64,000 nt of DNA from Octopus vulgaris (lineage: Eukaryota): assembly GCA_951406725.2 (NCBI GenBank), contig OX597830.1, positions 74,400,001 through 74,464,000 of the forward strand, given 5' to 3'. The position numbers were made by a program, and so were the translations under genes. This document shows, piece after piece, positions 18,570 to 30,487 of the stretch (position 1 is the first letter of the stretch; each line of letters opens with the position of its first letter). Below the pieces are notes generated by a model. It had not been told where the DNA came from. It made no database searches and saw nothing but the letters and a program-made list of their open reading frames with translations.

Positions 18570-18607
<38 letters not shown>

Positions 18608-19023
18608 TTTGCGTATATGTGTGTGTATACATACATTATACACACATTATATATATATACATATATATATATATACAAATATGTAAACACTTATATATAC
18701 AGAGGTGGATTCACATACTACTGTAGCTCATTCAGCGGTGGTGTCCTAGCATGGCCGCGGCCTTAGGGCTAAAACATTTTTGAGGATTAAGGATTTTAAG
18801 GATACATATATATGTATATATACATATATATATAATAATAATGTTAAGGAATTTGATTCCAAACTTACAGGGAAAAATTCATTTTGATTTGATTTTGATT
18901 TTTCCAGTTTCAGCTTATGAGCTGTGGCCATGCTGGGGCACCGCCATTGAGTAATACTAATTCAAATTTCACAATATGTAGTCTATCATTGTTGAATTGT
19001 TACATGGTGGTTCTTCTCTAATT

Positions 19024-19129
<106 letters not shown>

Positions 19130-19156
19130 CGTATATATATATATGTATGTGTAAAC

Positions 19157-19733
19157 GCGGCGAGTTGGCAGAAACGTTTGCATGCCTTGCGAAATGCTTA
19201 GCGGTATTTCGTCTGCCGTTACGTTCTGAGTTCAAATTCCGCCGAGGTCGACGTTACCTTTCATCTTTTCTGGGTCGATAAATTAAGTATTAGTTACGCA
19301 CTGGGGTCGATGTAATCGACTTAATCCGTTTGTCTGTTCTTGTTTGTCTCTTCTGTGTGTAGCCCCTTGTGGGTAATAAAAAATAGGTATTTCGTCTGCC
19401 GCTACGTTCTGGGTTCAAGTTCCGCCGGGGTCGCCTTTGCCTTTCATCCTTTCGGGGTCGATTAAATAAGTATTAGTCACGCACTGGGGTCGATATAATC
19501 GACTTAATCCGTTTGTCTGTCCTTGTTTGTCCTCTCTGTGTTTAGCCCCTCGTGGGTAGTAAAGAAATAGGTATTTCGTCTGTCTTTACCTTCTAAGATC
19601 AAATTCCTCCGAGGTCGACTACGCCTTTCATCCTGTCCAGGTCGATAAATTAAGAACCAGTTTTATACTGGGGTCGATCTAATCGACTGGCCCCCTCCCA
19701 CAAAATTTCGGACCTTGTGCCTAGCGTAGAAAT
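19157..19733 (+). mobile_element. SINE family 2, trimer (one head, three bodies)
   Basis: Body restarts at ggtatttcgtctg at ~19203, ~19386 and ~19570. The first two units end in the LINE-like tail ...aaagaaata; the third ends in ggccccctcccacaaaatttcggaccttgtgcctagcgtagaaa. Confidence 0.9.
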
Positions 19734-19735
19734 GA

Positions 19736-19782
<47 letters not shown>

Positions 19783-19843
19783 CGCACATACATATTTATT
19801 CACTGAGTGATGTGATGCAGCAGTAACAGCAGCAACAGTAGTG

Positions 19844-19893
<50 letters not shown>

Positions 19894-20126
19894 TTTAGTA
19901 GTAGTAGTAGCTGCAGAATAATGATGAGAATGATGACGTTGATGACGAAGATGATGTATAGCTTGCGAGATAAGACTACAGCATTATTAAAAAGAAAAGA
20001 CTTCTTAATTATTACATACCCCATAAAATAATGGTTGGGCAAAAGTGGACCAATCGTACTTATTTTAAAAGACTGTTACTAATAAGTACTGGTGTCGAGT
20101 TGTTCGACAAGTTCACTCAATCTACT

Positions 20127-20460
20127 TTAGGGTTAGGGTTAGTTAGGGTTAGGTTTAGTGGTGGGAGGAAGGGCGTCTTTTTTTTCTTCAGAAATGTAAA
20201 TAAACACAATCTGTTTCTTAAACGAGGGACATATTCATACGGCACAGAATGTTCTTTACCTCAATGGACGTCAGTGATTGGTTGAAATTGCAGAAATTGA
20301 AGAAAAAAAGACAACAAATATCTTACAAACTATAGAATTTTCTCAATAAAGCCAAGAGAAAAAGATGTTTAATAAACACATTCTACCAGTATACGAAGTT
20401 TAAAATTGTTTAGTTACCTAGAAATTATGTTAAGGACTGCCGTTCAAACCGAAAAGATCC
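20127..20460 (-). mobile_element. Partial copy of the GGATC-TIR MITE (same family as 23327-23734) with TTAGGG repeats
   Basis: Reverse-complement match to 23327-23655. Ends ctgccgttcaaaccgaaaagatcc. Confidence 0.85.
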
Positions 20461-21703
20461 ACAACTTTTTATAGTGAGGTTTTGATTATAGTGAGAGGAA
20501 CCTCAAGCTGTACCCATCTACCGGTACCAATCGGTTATGGAATTGGTTGCTCGGTATACACAGTTCCCCTCACTTATCAGCTCTTCGTTAGAATGTATTT
20601 TAGCATTTTGTCCCACTAAACAAGCCTTTCACTCTCAGACCTTAGCCTAGAACTAGTTTCTAAGAATCATTTAATTTCTATCAACAGGGCGTATAAATCC
20701 TTAATAGAATAGCTGTCCTTTATCTTTTTCTAGAAGAACACAATATATAACAGTGTTAAGAAACGAAACAAAAAACTCTTCAATTGCTCACTAGGCTCTA
20801 GACTTGAACGTATGACCATATATCTATTTATTATGTATGTCTTTCTGTATGTTTGTATGTGTGTATGTGTGTGCATGTATGTGTGTGACATAAAACTCTA
20901 TTTGAATCTATGTGTACGTGTACATAGATATACATACACACACAACTATGCGTGCATATATGTAAATAAAACTATACATTATATAGTGTGTATCTTTAGT
21001 CATTCATGCAAACCTAATCATACACACGTGAGTTTGTGCGTGTGTATATGTGCGTTCGTGTGATTGTGAGCATGCGTGCGTGCGTGTGAGCAAACCGGTG
21101 TGTCGCGGTTCATTGACCATATAACTATGTTTGAATTTTACTTTTAATTTTTTTCTTAATTAGTATTATAATTTCAGTTCTGTTAATGTTGTGTTGCGTT
21201 TTTTTTTTCCTTGTAGGTGGGTGAAAATTAGTAATTAAGACTTTGACATTAAATAATTATTTACTGTCTTTTGGAAACATTAATTGTAAGAGACAACATC
21301 CAAAACTAATGGACCTTTTAATTCAAGATAAATGCACCGAATATCTTAAAAATTAATATTTATAGGTTTTTATATTGTCTCCAGTAGCCAGGTGATGGGG
21401 AAGTGTGTCGGGGAGTGGTACTAGTCATCGCTGTGTGTTCAAATACCACCGATGTCCACTTAGTACTTCAAATTTTCCAGGGTCAAAAGAATGACAAAGA
21501 ACATGATTTATTTTCTTCCTTGCAAGCCTTCATCACTTGATTAACAAACACTAAGTACAATATATTTATGAAGAAATGCAAAATTGGTTTACCTGCTGCC
21601 TTTTTGGGGGGGGGAAGATTTTCTGAGCTTGCTACAGATTTGTTCGCCATACCAGTAATTGATACTCTAGACGTAAAAGAATAGAACGAGTACAGTATAT
21701 ATA

Positions 21704-22120
21704 TATTTCTTTATTGCCCACAAGGGGCTAAACATAGAGGGGACAAACAAGGACAGACAAACAGATTAAGTCGATTACATTGACCCCCAGTGCGAAACTG
21801 GTACTTTATTTATCGACCCCGAAAGGATGAAAGGCAAAATTGACCTCGGCGGAATTTGAACTCAGAACGTAACGACAGACGAAATACCTATTTCTTTATT
21901 ACCCACAAGGGGCTAAACACAGAGCGGACAAACAAGGACAGACATAGGTATTAAGTCGATTACATCGACCCCAGTGCGTAACTGGTACTTAATTTATCGA
22001 CCCCGAAAGGATGAAAGGCAAAGTTGACTTCGGCAGAATTTGAACTCAGAACGTAACGACAGACGAAATACCGCTATGCATTTCGCCCGGCGCGCTAACG
22101 TGTCTGCCTGCTCGCCGCCT
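21704..22120 (-). mobile_element. SINE family 2, dimer with ~13 bp TSD
   Basis: Two bodies, both with the LINE-like tail. Flanked by agtacagt(a/g)tata at ~21689 and ~22124. Confidence 0.9.
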
Positions 22121-22454
22121 TCAAGTACAGTGTATAATGTTTTCTGACACTCCTACAATTTCACCAAAACCGTTCCTCTGCAGTGGTAATCATTTTGTTA
22201 ATCACGAAATAATACAAAAGTAAAAGTGAGGTTGGCGAAATTTGAACACAATACGTAGAGTCGGAACAAATATCCTTTCTTTTTTTGGCGCAAGACCAGC
22301 ACTTTTGAACGGTGGTGGGGAAGTCGATTACATGAAACCAAGTGATCAACTGGTACTTATTTTATCGAACTCAAAAAGGGAGAAAGTTAAAATCGACCTC
22401 AGTTAAAGTCAGAAGAACACACAACCAAAGTCAGAAGAAATTTTTTTAAAAAAT

Positions 22455-22766
22455 GTCATGCGCCCTTTTTCAAACGTAGCCAGTCTCATGGTCCCGATTT
22501 CCCTGTTTCTGTGGCGTATGTGTTCCCCCCAGCTGAACGGGACGCCAGTCCATCGCAGCGTTACTCAAGAAACAGGAAGAAAGAATGAGAGAAAGTTGAA
22601 GCGAAAGAGTACAATAGGGGTCGCCACCCCCACCCCCTGCCGGTGCCTCGTGGAGCTTTAGGTGTTTTCGCTCAATAAACATACACAACACCCGGTCTGG
22701 GAATCGAAACCGCGATACTCCGACCGAGAATCTACTGCCCCAACCTCTGGGTCATTGCGCCTCCAC
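22455..22766 (-). mobile_element. SINE family 1 inserted into an older, degenerate family-2 SINE
   Basis: Homologous to 10148-10453. Flanked by caaagt(ca/tg)gaagaaat. Degenerate family-2 pieces at ~22280-22400 and ~22770-22830. Confidence 0.8.
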
Positions 22767-23326
22767 AAAGTTGGAAGAAATGCCGCTAAGTATTTTGTCC
22801 GACGTGCTTATAATTCTGCTAGCTCGCTGACAGTCGGGACAAATATCGCAAGGTATTTTGTTAGAGACTTTGAAGGATTTTATTTAATTTGCCGCCTGAA
22901 AATTTAAGTAAAGATTTATTTTTTATTTTTAAATATGTAATTCATTATCAGCTAATTACGTTCGAAATCCATATTAAAATTATTAGATGTTCGAATCACA
23001 CTGAAGCCAACTCGAATATTTACACTACTAGTCGATAAAATAATTATCAGTCAATTCCTGAAGTTGTTATTATCACTTGTTTCCTCTCCTAAAATAGTTG
23101 GTCATGTGTCAATAATTAAAAATACTAATTATTTGAAAAGTTCTCATCTCATCGGTATCGACTTTACAATTAGATATTATGAAGTCGTAAAGTACTAGTT
23201 TGAAGAAAATCGCCTTTATTTTCAGACTCAATATTGAGGCCATGTAAGGAGGTGAGCTGGCAGAATCATTATCACACCAGGGAAAATACCTTGCAGCGTT
23301 TCGTCCGTATTTACTTTTGACTTAGC

Positions 23327-23734
23327 GGATCTTTTCCGTTTGAACAGCAGTTTTTAACATAATTTCTAGGTAACTAAACAATTTTAAACTTCGTATACTG
23401 ATAGAATGTGTTTATAAAACATCTTTTTCTCTTAGCTTTATTGAGAAAATTCTATAGTTTGTAAGATATTTGTTGTTTTTTTTCTTTAATTTCTGCAGTT
23501 TCAACCAATCACTGACGTCTATCGAGGTAAAAAAAACATTCTGTGCCGTATGAATATGTCCCTCGTTTAAGAAACAGATTGGGTTTATTTACATTTGTGA
23601 AGAAAAAAAATACCCTTCCCCCACTGCTAACTCCAACCCTAACCCTAACCCTAAAACAGATTGAAATGCAATAGATCGATACTAGAAATGCAATAGATCG
23701 CTAGAAAAAACTGCCGTTCAAACTGAAAAGATCC
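23327..23734 (+). mobile_element. Non-autonomous TIR transposon (MITE), Merlin-like: ~29 bp GG..CC TIRs and 8 bp TSD
   Basis: Starts ggatcttttccgtttgaacagcagttttt and ends aaaaactgccgttcaaactgaaaagatcc. TSD gacttagc at 23319-23326 and 23735-23742. Inserted in a degenerate family-2 SINE. Confidence 0.85.
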
Positions 23735-23847
23735 GACTTAGCTCCTCCCTCAAAATTGCTGGTCTTTTGCCAAAATTTGAATTAATGCTAAGCCCCTTAA
23801 GCAGCACTGAACAAAGTATGTTGGGTGCTCAGTAACGTCTCCAAATA

Positions 23848-24095
23848 GTTCCGGGTTCAGTCCCACTGGGTGGCACTTTGGGGAAGTGAGATTTAGTAGA
23901 CGGAAAATGAAAGAAGCCCTTAGTATATAGATATGTCTGTGAATGTGTGTTTCTGTGTCTGTGTTGGTTCTCCGCCACCACTTGACAACCGCTTTTGCTG
24001 TGTTCACGTTCCCATAACGTACAGGTGCCGATATATTCGACTAAAAATTCCTCAAGGTGATGCCCCGCTCTAATGAGTGAAACAAGTGAAAGGTA
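23848..24095 (+). mobile_element. Degenerate SINE family 3 (CORE-like)
   Basis: gttccgggttcagtcccactg..tggcac..tggg; similar to 51426-51840. Confidence 0.7.
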
Positions 24096-24184
24096 AAAGG
24101 TATTCAAATATCACTGCCTGATTTTTTCGTGAAAACGTATAGCCCTTTGTCACTGCTGCCCAGTTACATTATTATGTCCATATG

Positions 24185-24400
24185 TAAGGCGGTGAGGTGG
24201 CATAACCATAAGCACAACGAGCAAAATACCTTGCGGCATTTCGTCCCTTTTTCACATTCTGAGTTCAAATGCTTCCGTGGTTGACTTTGCCTTTCAGTAT
24301 TTCAGGGTCCATAAAATAAGTCCTCGTCAATTACTGGGAATCGATGTATTTGAATTTCCTCGCCCCTCAAAAACTATTGGCTGTGCGAAGATTTGAAATT
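24185..24400 (+). mobile_element. Degenerate SINE family 2 monomer
   Basis: aaggcggtgaggtggca..ttctgagttcaaat..gactttgcctttca. Confidence 0.7.
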
Positions 24401-24474
24401 ATTATTGTCACGATATATTCATAAATTACAAGGTCACTCTCTCGCACCGTTTCTCTCCCCGACTCAGTCTCACC

Positions 24475-24522
<48 letters not shown>

Positions 24523-24919
24523 CTATGTATGTATGTATCTATCTATCTGTTTTCCTGGAAGTACAGGGAAACTTGGTCGTGTGTTCGTTTAAAAAGCTCA
24601 CGGTACACTTGTGTCATTTTTGTTTCGATGATATTGCGCCCCCATATTGAGTGTTTACAACAGTTGCCTCCGGTCGATCAGAATCTCATGAATGCAAACT
24701 GGAAGAGAAAAAATTTCAAACCCGTCGATTCACTTGGCAATATCCGATATAATCGAAGGAACAGAGTATTGGCCACCCAGCCAAGTGGTCTGTCGTGCAT
24801 AGGGATCAACCCTCGACCTGTAGACAAAAAAAAATTATCGAGAACCACTTATTTAGATAATTGATTCAATGATTAATCGTTCTGTCAATCAATAAGTTAC
24901 GATTGTATGGGTCCTTTCA

Positions 24920-25140
24920 CCTATTTCTTTACAAGGGGCTACACACAGAGAGGACAAACAGACAAACGTATTAAATCGATTACATCGAGCCCAGTGCGTA
25001 ACTGGTACTTATTTAATCGACCTCGAAAGGATGAAAGGCAAAGTCAACCTCGGCGGGATTTGAATTGAGAACGTAGCGGCAGACGAAATACCGCTAAGCA
25101 TTTCGCTCAGCGTGCTAACGTTTCTGCCAGCTCGCCGCCT
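24920..25140 (-). mobile_element. SINE family 2 monomer
   Basis: Near-identical to the other family-2 copies. Confidence 0.9.
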
Positions 25141-26307
25141 TTACGACTTCATAATAATTGTGTGGATCCTTTCACCGCCAACCACGACCTCATCAATGAC
25201 AAGCTTTCTCTACTACAGATCTGCATCAGGCCTGCTTCAGGTCTGTCTGAATCAGAACCAGTGCGTGTTTTATTTAATAACATAATGACCCTCACACAAT
25301 ACAACAAAATCTGCTTCAACACACTAGTACACAGCTATAATATTGTTAAACGAAACACAAAAATGAGAAGTCAGTTCCTTTTTTGTATATGCAAAATGGT
25401 AAATACCCGTTTCGGAGGTGTACTTGGGAAATGACTTGCTCTGAGATACTGTGTTTAAGCCAGAGCACTTATATACTTGAAGAATTATTTCAGTTCTTTG
25501 AAATAAACGAGAAATCGTTTGGATTCAATGTTAATTTATTTCGTGAGGGGGTTCAATTTTCATGGACCAAATGTGATCTGGTTACCGACTGAATACCATC
25601 ATTGCAGTAGAAAAGTGTCAGTGGTCAAGGAGCCGTTATCAGACGAATGTTTGGACATCTCATAGAATGAAATAGAAGTGAATTTAACAGTTATTGTAAA
25701 TGAGCAAATGACAAGAATGGCCATTACTCATAATTTTCTTTTCAGAAGTGACCCTCAGCTCCCCTCTCAACACCGACCGGAAGATAGCCAATATATTGAT
25801 TTCATAATTTTCCACAAGGCAAGCAATGTCGGGTAGGTATTAAGTCGATTACATTGACTCCAATGTTTAACTGGTACTTATTTTATTGACCACGAAATTA
25901 TGGTGGAGTAACGATTCTACCAGCTCGTTGCATTAGATTATCCATATATAGCCAATATATTGTAGATTAACAATTAAAAAGACAAAAAACTCTTTTTAGC
26001 TAATTAGTATATTCTTAGAGATGAGGTGTGAAATAATGTCATATTCCAGGACATCATAATTCAAGAAAGGAAATATTGTTTGACGATATCTAACCGAGTA
26101 CTGATGGTTTGTCTGGTATTTCTTTGTGAAATTTCTCCTGGAATTATTTGGCTGGTACACGCTATTTTCTTTTTTTAATTTGACTCGGATTATGTTGAAT
26201 AAGGTAGGTCTATTTAAAGTGAGAATTTTGTGAGACAAGTATTGTGTAATGCGAGTTCGATTTTTAGAGAGACGTATGTCTCGAGGGTTAGTCTTGGATA
26301 TATACTC

Positions 26308-26693
26308 TCTCTTTTACTCTTTTACTTGTTTCAGTCATTTGACTGCGGCCATGCTGGAGCACCGCCTTAAATCGAGCAACTCGACCCCGTGACTTATTCT
26401 TTGTAAGCCCAGTACTTATTCCATCGGTCTCTTTTGCCGAACCGCTAAGTGACGGGAACATAAACACACCAGCATCGGTTGTCAAGCAATGCTAGGGGGA
26501 CAAACACAAACATACACGCACACATATATATACATATATACGACAGGCTTCTTTCAGCTTCCGTCTACCAAATCCACTCACAGGGCTTTGGTCGGCCCGA
26601 GGCTATAGTAGAAGACACTTGCCCAAGGTGCCACGCAGTGGGACTGAACCCGAAACCATGTGGTTGGTAAACAAGCTACTTACCACACAGCCA
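26308..26693 (-). mobile_element. SINE family 3 (tRNA head, CORE-like ggcaccttgggcaagtg, internal microsatellite); resembles the octopus OR2-type SINE
   Basis: Full-length match to 38210-38641 and 51426-51840. The family name is from memory and unverified. Confidence 0.88.
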
Positions 26694-27400
26694 CAAGAAT
26701 ATTAATGATAAGGATTGCATGGTTGCATAGCATTACCTTTAATTATTTAATATATCTACCGCCCTACATAGGCCAATACGTATTTCAGTTTGCACTGATT
26801 AGTAACCGTTGCAATTGCAAACTTACTATATAACCGGTGCAGTTTCTCCATGGTCTTTATTTGATACCCTGGATATGACTTATAAAAAATTTATTTTATC
26901 TACTCTGCGTTGTACAATGTAGAGTTGTCCGTTAAGTTAGACGCGAAAAATCTCCATTTCAAGATCTTAGTAGATAATTATTTTTAGCCCGTCGTTTTAA
27001 AAGCTTCTACAGTTGAAATGACATTCATATATACTTAGCAAATATGAATGTCCTCGTGTGCAAGTATCTCAGTGCTGATTCCTGTTTAGAATTTATTACA
27101 TTAACCTTGGATGTAAAAATTCGGTAAAATTCTCCTAAACACGTTACAACGATAGGTTCCAAGTCTGTATGGATTTGCTGAGCAAATAAACTCCCATTTA
27201 ATAGTATAGTGCTGGTTACTGTCCTTAAAAGACCTGATTAACTTGCCGAGGCTCGTTTGGGACCCTTTATCATTGACTTTAAATTAAATGAACTCAAATG
27301 ATTTACCAGCCTCATGTTGAAAATTAATGGTGTCCCACCGATGTAAATTAATTCCATACCCCCAGATGTAACTTTACATCTATATATTACATTTTTAGTC

Positions 27401-27625
27401 GGCGAACTGGCAGAAACGTTAGCACGCCGGGCGAAATGCGTAGCCGTATTTCGTCTGCCGTTACGTTCAGGGTTCAAATTCCGCCGAGGTCGACTTTGCC
27501 TTTCATCTTTTCGGGGTCGATAAATTAAGTACCAATTATGCACTGGAGTCGATGTAATCGACTTAATCCGTCTGTCTGTCCTTGTTTGTCCACTCTGTGT
27601 TTAGCCCCTGTGGGGTAGTAAAGAA
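27401..27625 (+). mobile_element. SINE family 2 monomer with 19 bp flanking direct repeat (TSD)
   Basis: atatattacatttttagtc at 27382-27400 and 27626-27644. Confidence 0.93.
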
Positions 27626-27649
27626 ATATATTACATTTTTAGTCACTTA

Positions 27650-27830
27650 CTTTCGAGTATTGTCGTTCAGCACTCGAAATGAGGAGCAGAGAGACAGCTG
27701 ACAACTGATGAAGGCTAGTTCTTTGTTTTTTATCATGTTTCCCATTTGTTTCTCTCGTTGTTTGCGTATTGAACTCATTTTTTTCTCGTATTTCATGTTG
27801 TTTACTGTTGGTGATGCTCTGTATCCATAT
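27650..27830. repeat. Interspersed repeat abutting (TA)n, related to 58440-58665
   Basis: Shared cagc(t/c)gacaact(g/a)atgaagg, ccatttgt and tcgtatttcatgttgtttac segments. Confidence 0.6.
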
Positions 27831-27877
27831 ATACATATGTGTATGTATGTATGTATATATATATATATATATATATA

Positions 27878-27943
<66 letters not shown>

Positions 27944-27958
27944 TATATACATATATGC

Positions 27959-28086
<128 letters not shown>

Positions 28087-28208
28087 TGGCCCAGCAACAA
28101 AATTTGCTAAGGGGGTGCAAACCCAGGTCCTAATTTTTTTAATGAAAAATGTGGATTTTTCCAATGTTAACATTAAACCAGATGCAGGTATAATAATTTT
28201 TATTATTA

Positions 28209-28710
28209 TGAGGGTCGGCTGAAATATTCCTAATCTGAGCAAGACACTCTGAATGGAATGTGACCAAATAAAGCTCATTTTCTAACATAGTTCCTCTTAC
28301 TGTCCACACACTTCCATTATTAGTTGCAATGCTTGGGTCGCACTGGTGAAGAAACTTTTCTGTTGATCAAAATGGTCATCAACAACAGATAAGATGTTCT
28401 CATCATAGTGATACTGGTGCTCAGCTGAGTTTTTTTCTATGTTGGGAAGCAGATGATAACCAGAAGGAACCAAATTACTAACATAGGGAGCATGATCAAC
28501 CAGTTCAAAGCCAGTCACATACAGCAGCCATTGAAACGAAGGACTTGTGTGCTGAAGCATTGTCCTAATGAGACAAGACCCCATTCATCAGTTTTTCTGA
28601 ATGTTTGGTCTTGATAGCCTTTCATAACTGCCTTAGGAAGTTGGTATTGAAGTTTTCCATTGATGGTGTGATCATTTTGAAGATAGCCAATAAACACAAT
28701 ATTTTTTGCA
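28209..28710 (-). mobile_element. Mariner (irritans/Hsmar2-like) C-terminal remnant plus TIR
   Basis: GFELVDHAPYVSNLVPSGYHLLPNIEK. TA followed by TIR-like tgagggtcggctgaaa. Same family as 51870-52235. Confidence 0.85.
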
Positions 28711-29029
28711 TTAATGCATAGTATATATAATAATGTGAAGTATATTTTGCATATTAAAATGTTTCATTTTGGAAATGTATCAAGCAGAGCTAAATTAAGC
28801 AGTAAAAATACAAATTACAAGCATTGCAAAATGTGGGACACTACATGACAAAAACTAACAAAAAAGAAAAGGAAGAAAATAGTGGTGCTTATGTTCCAAA
28901 GGTACAATGAGAAGGCTCAGAAGAAGGATAGAGAGATGGGGTAGAGGGAAGGAAGTTAGAAGGAAAGAAAAGAATGAAAAGTGAAAAGATAATTGGGGAT
29001 CTGAAATGAGTACTAGGCAGGAAATTAGC

Positions 29030-29215
29030 CCCTGTGCCGGTGGCACGAAAAAGCAGCACCCACTACTAGTGGTTGACGTTAGGAAGGGCATCCAGCTGTA
29101 GAAACATTGCCAGATCAGACTGGAGCCTGGTGCAGCCTCCTAGCTTCCCAGGCCCCAGTCGAACCATCCAACCTATTCTAGCATGGAAAATGGACATTAA
29201 ACGATGATATCTTAC
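29030..29215 (+). mobile_element. SINE/LINE 3'-tail fragment (RTE-type tail)
   Basis: gttaggaagggcatccagctgtagaaa..agcatggaaaatggacattaaacgatgat, ending in short GAT repeats. Confidence 0.55.
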
Positions 29216-29599
29216 CTATGCACTGGTCAAGTAGAAAAACGATGAGTGACAAAAAACTGGATTGTGTTTGGTACCAAAAAAGTGAAGAAAGAGAGTAGAG
29301 AAGGTTAGGGAAGAGCAAGTAGAAAACAAGAGAGAGTGCGGAGAAATAAGGGAATAAAGATAGACAGTAGGTAGTTGACAGAGATGGACAGAGGAAGAAA
29401 TGGAAGGCAGTAAAGAGGGAAAAGCAGCAGATAGGTAGAGAGGTAGATAGAGGGGAGAGGAGAAGAACAGAGAAATAGATAGTAAAGAGAGACAGTCTTG
29501 CACCAAATATTGAACACTGCATAGGGTAACACTGAGTGGGAACACAAGTGAGCGTGTGACACTACATTGACTAACTGACCTAAAATACTGCACAGAAAG

Positions 29600-30487
29600 T
29601 CAACAAACACACATATATAATGATAAAGGAAATTGTTGCATACAGTGCTCAGGTGCACTACAACTAAAAAGAAAAAAATGGCAATCAGGTGTATTGTTGG
29701 CGGATTTCAGGACACATGGAAGTTTTGAAGGATGTAGTGTCTTGACAGCTAACAACTGATGCAGGTGGTATATTCCTTGCTTCTGCAATTCTGAGCATGA
29801 AAAATTGTCTCCGAAAGTCATGGGTGCTGTGTTGTTTTTTGATTTTATAAGCGTGTCCGTGAGTGTTTGTCATATGGAATTCAAAAAGGCACCCAAGGTT
29901 GTTGGAAATATGGTGGATAATCTTGTGGGCGTCAATCAAGTCAGTTGCCAGACGTCTGGGCTTCAATTTATCCATGCCCAGGAATGCAAGACGTTCAGAG
30001 TATGGTAGATGTCTAACGGTGGGTATTTGCTTTGTTGCACATTTCTGAACAGTTTCCAGGAGAATTATATGCTGAGAAAGAGAGGGGTTCCAGACTGGCT
30101 ATGCAAATTCCAAGTGTGGACATACCATTGTTGTATACATTTTAAATAGATAACTTGAGAGTGGCTGACAAATGTCTTACTGAGTGATGCTACCACCACC
30201 TCAGCCTTTTTGACAATCTTAGATATGTGGTTTAACCAATGAAGATTGTTGTTTACAATAATACGCAGAACATGTCCACCAGAAGAATACTTGAGATTAG
30301 TGAAGCTGAGGGATTACGTAAAAGCTGGATTTTCCTCTCAAAATAAAAGGTTGAAGACGTGTTTACATATAGCTGGAGTTGCCAGTCAGAGGTCTACTGC
30401 TGCAGTGTATCAAGATGTGATTGCAGGATAGTATATGTTCTTTTTATTTCAAGGTACAGCTTAGTATCATCTGCATATTTCAAAACT
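29600..30487 (-). mobile_element. CR1-like LINE, RT C-terminus and 3' end, cut by the satellite
   Basis: KYADDTKLY (30394-30600 frame) and RRLATDLIDAHKII..TNTHGHAYKIKK..FF (29685-29975). Confidence 0.85.

Noticed and set aside
20127-20153. True telomere or chromosome fusion site
   Set aside because: Only a few units, and they are part of a MITE present twice in the window.
21195-21260. Splice acceptor ttttttttccttgtag and possible exon
   Set aside because: No convincing downstream ORF or donor site, and no other exons found; it cannot be supported without RNA data.
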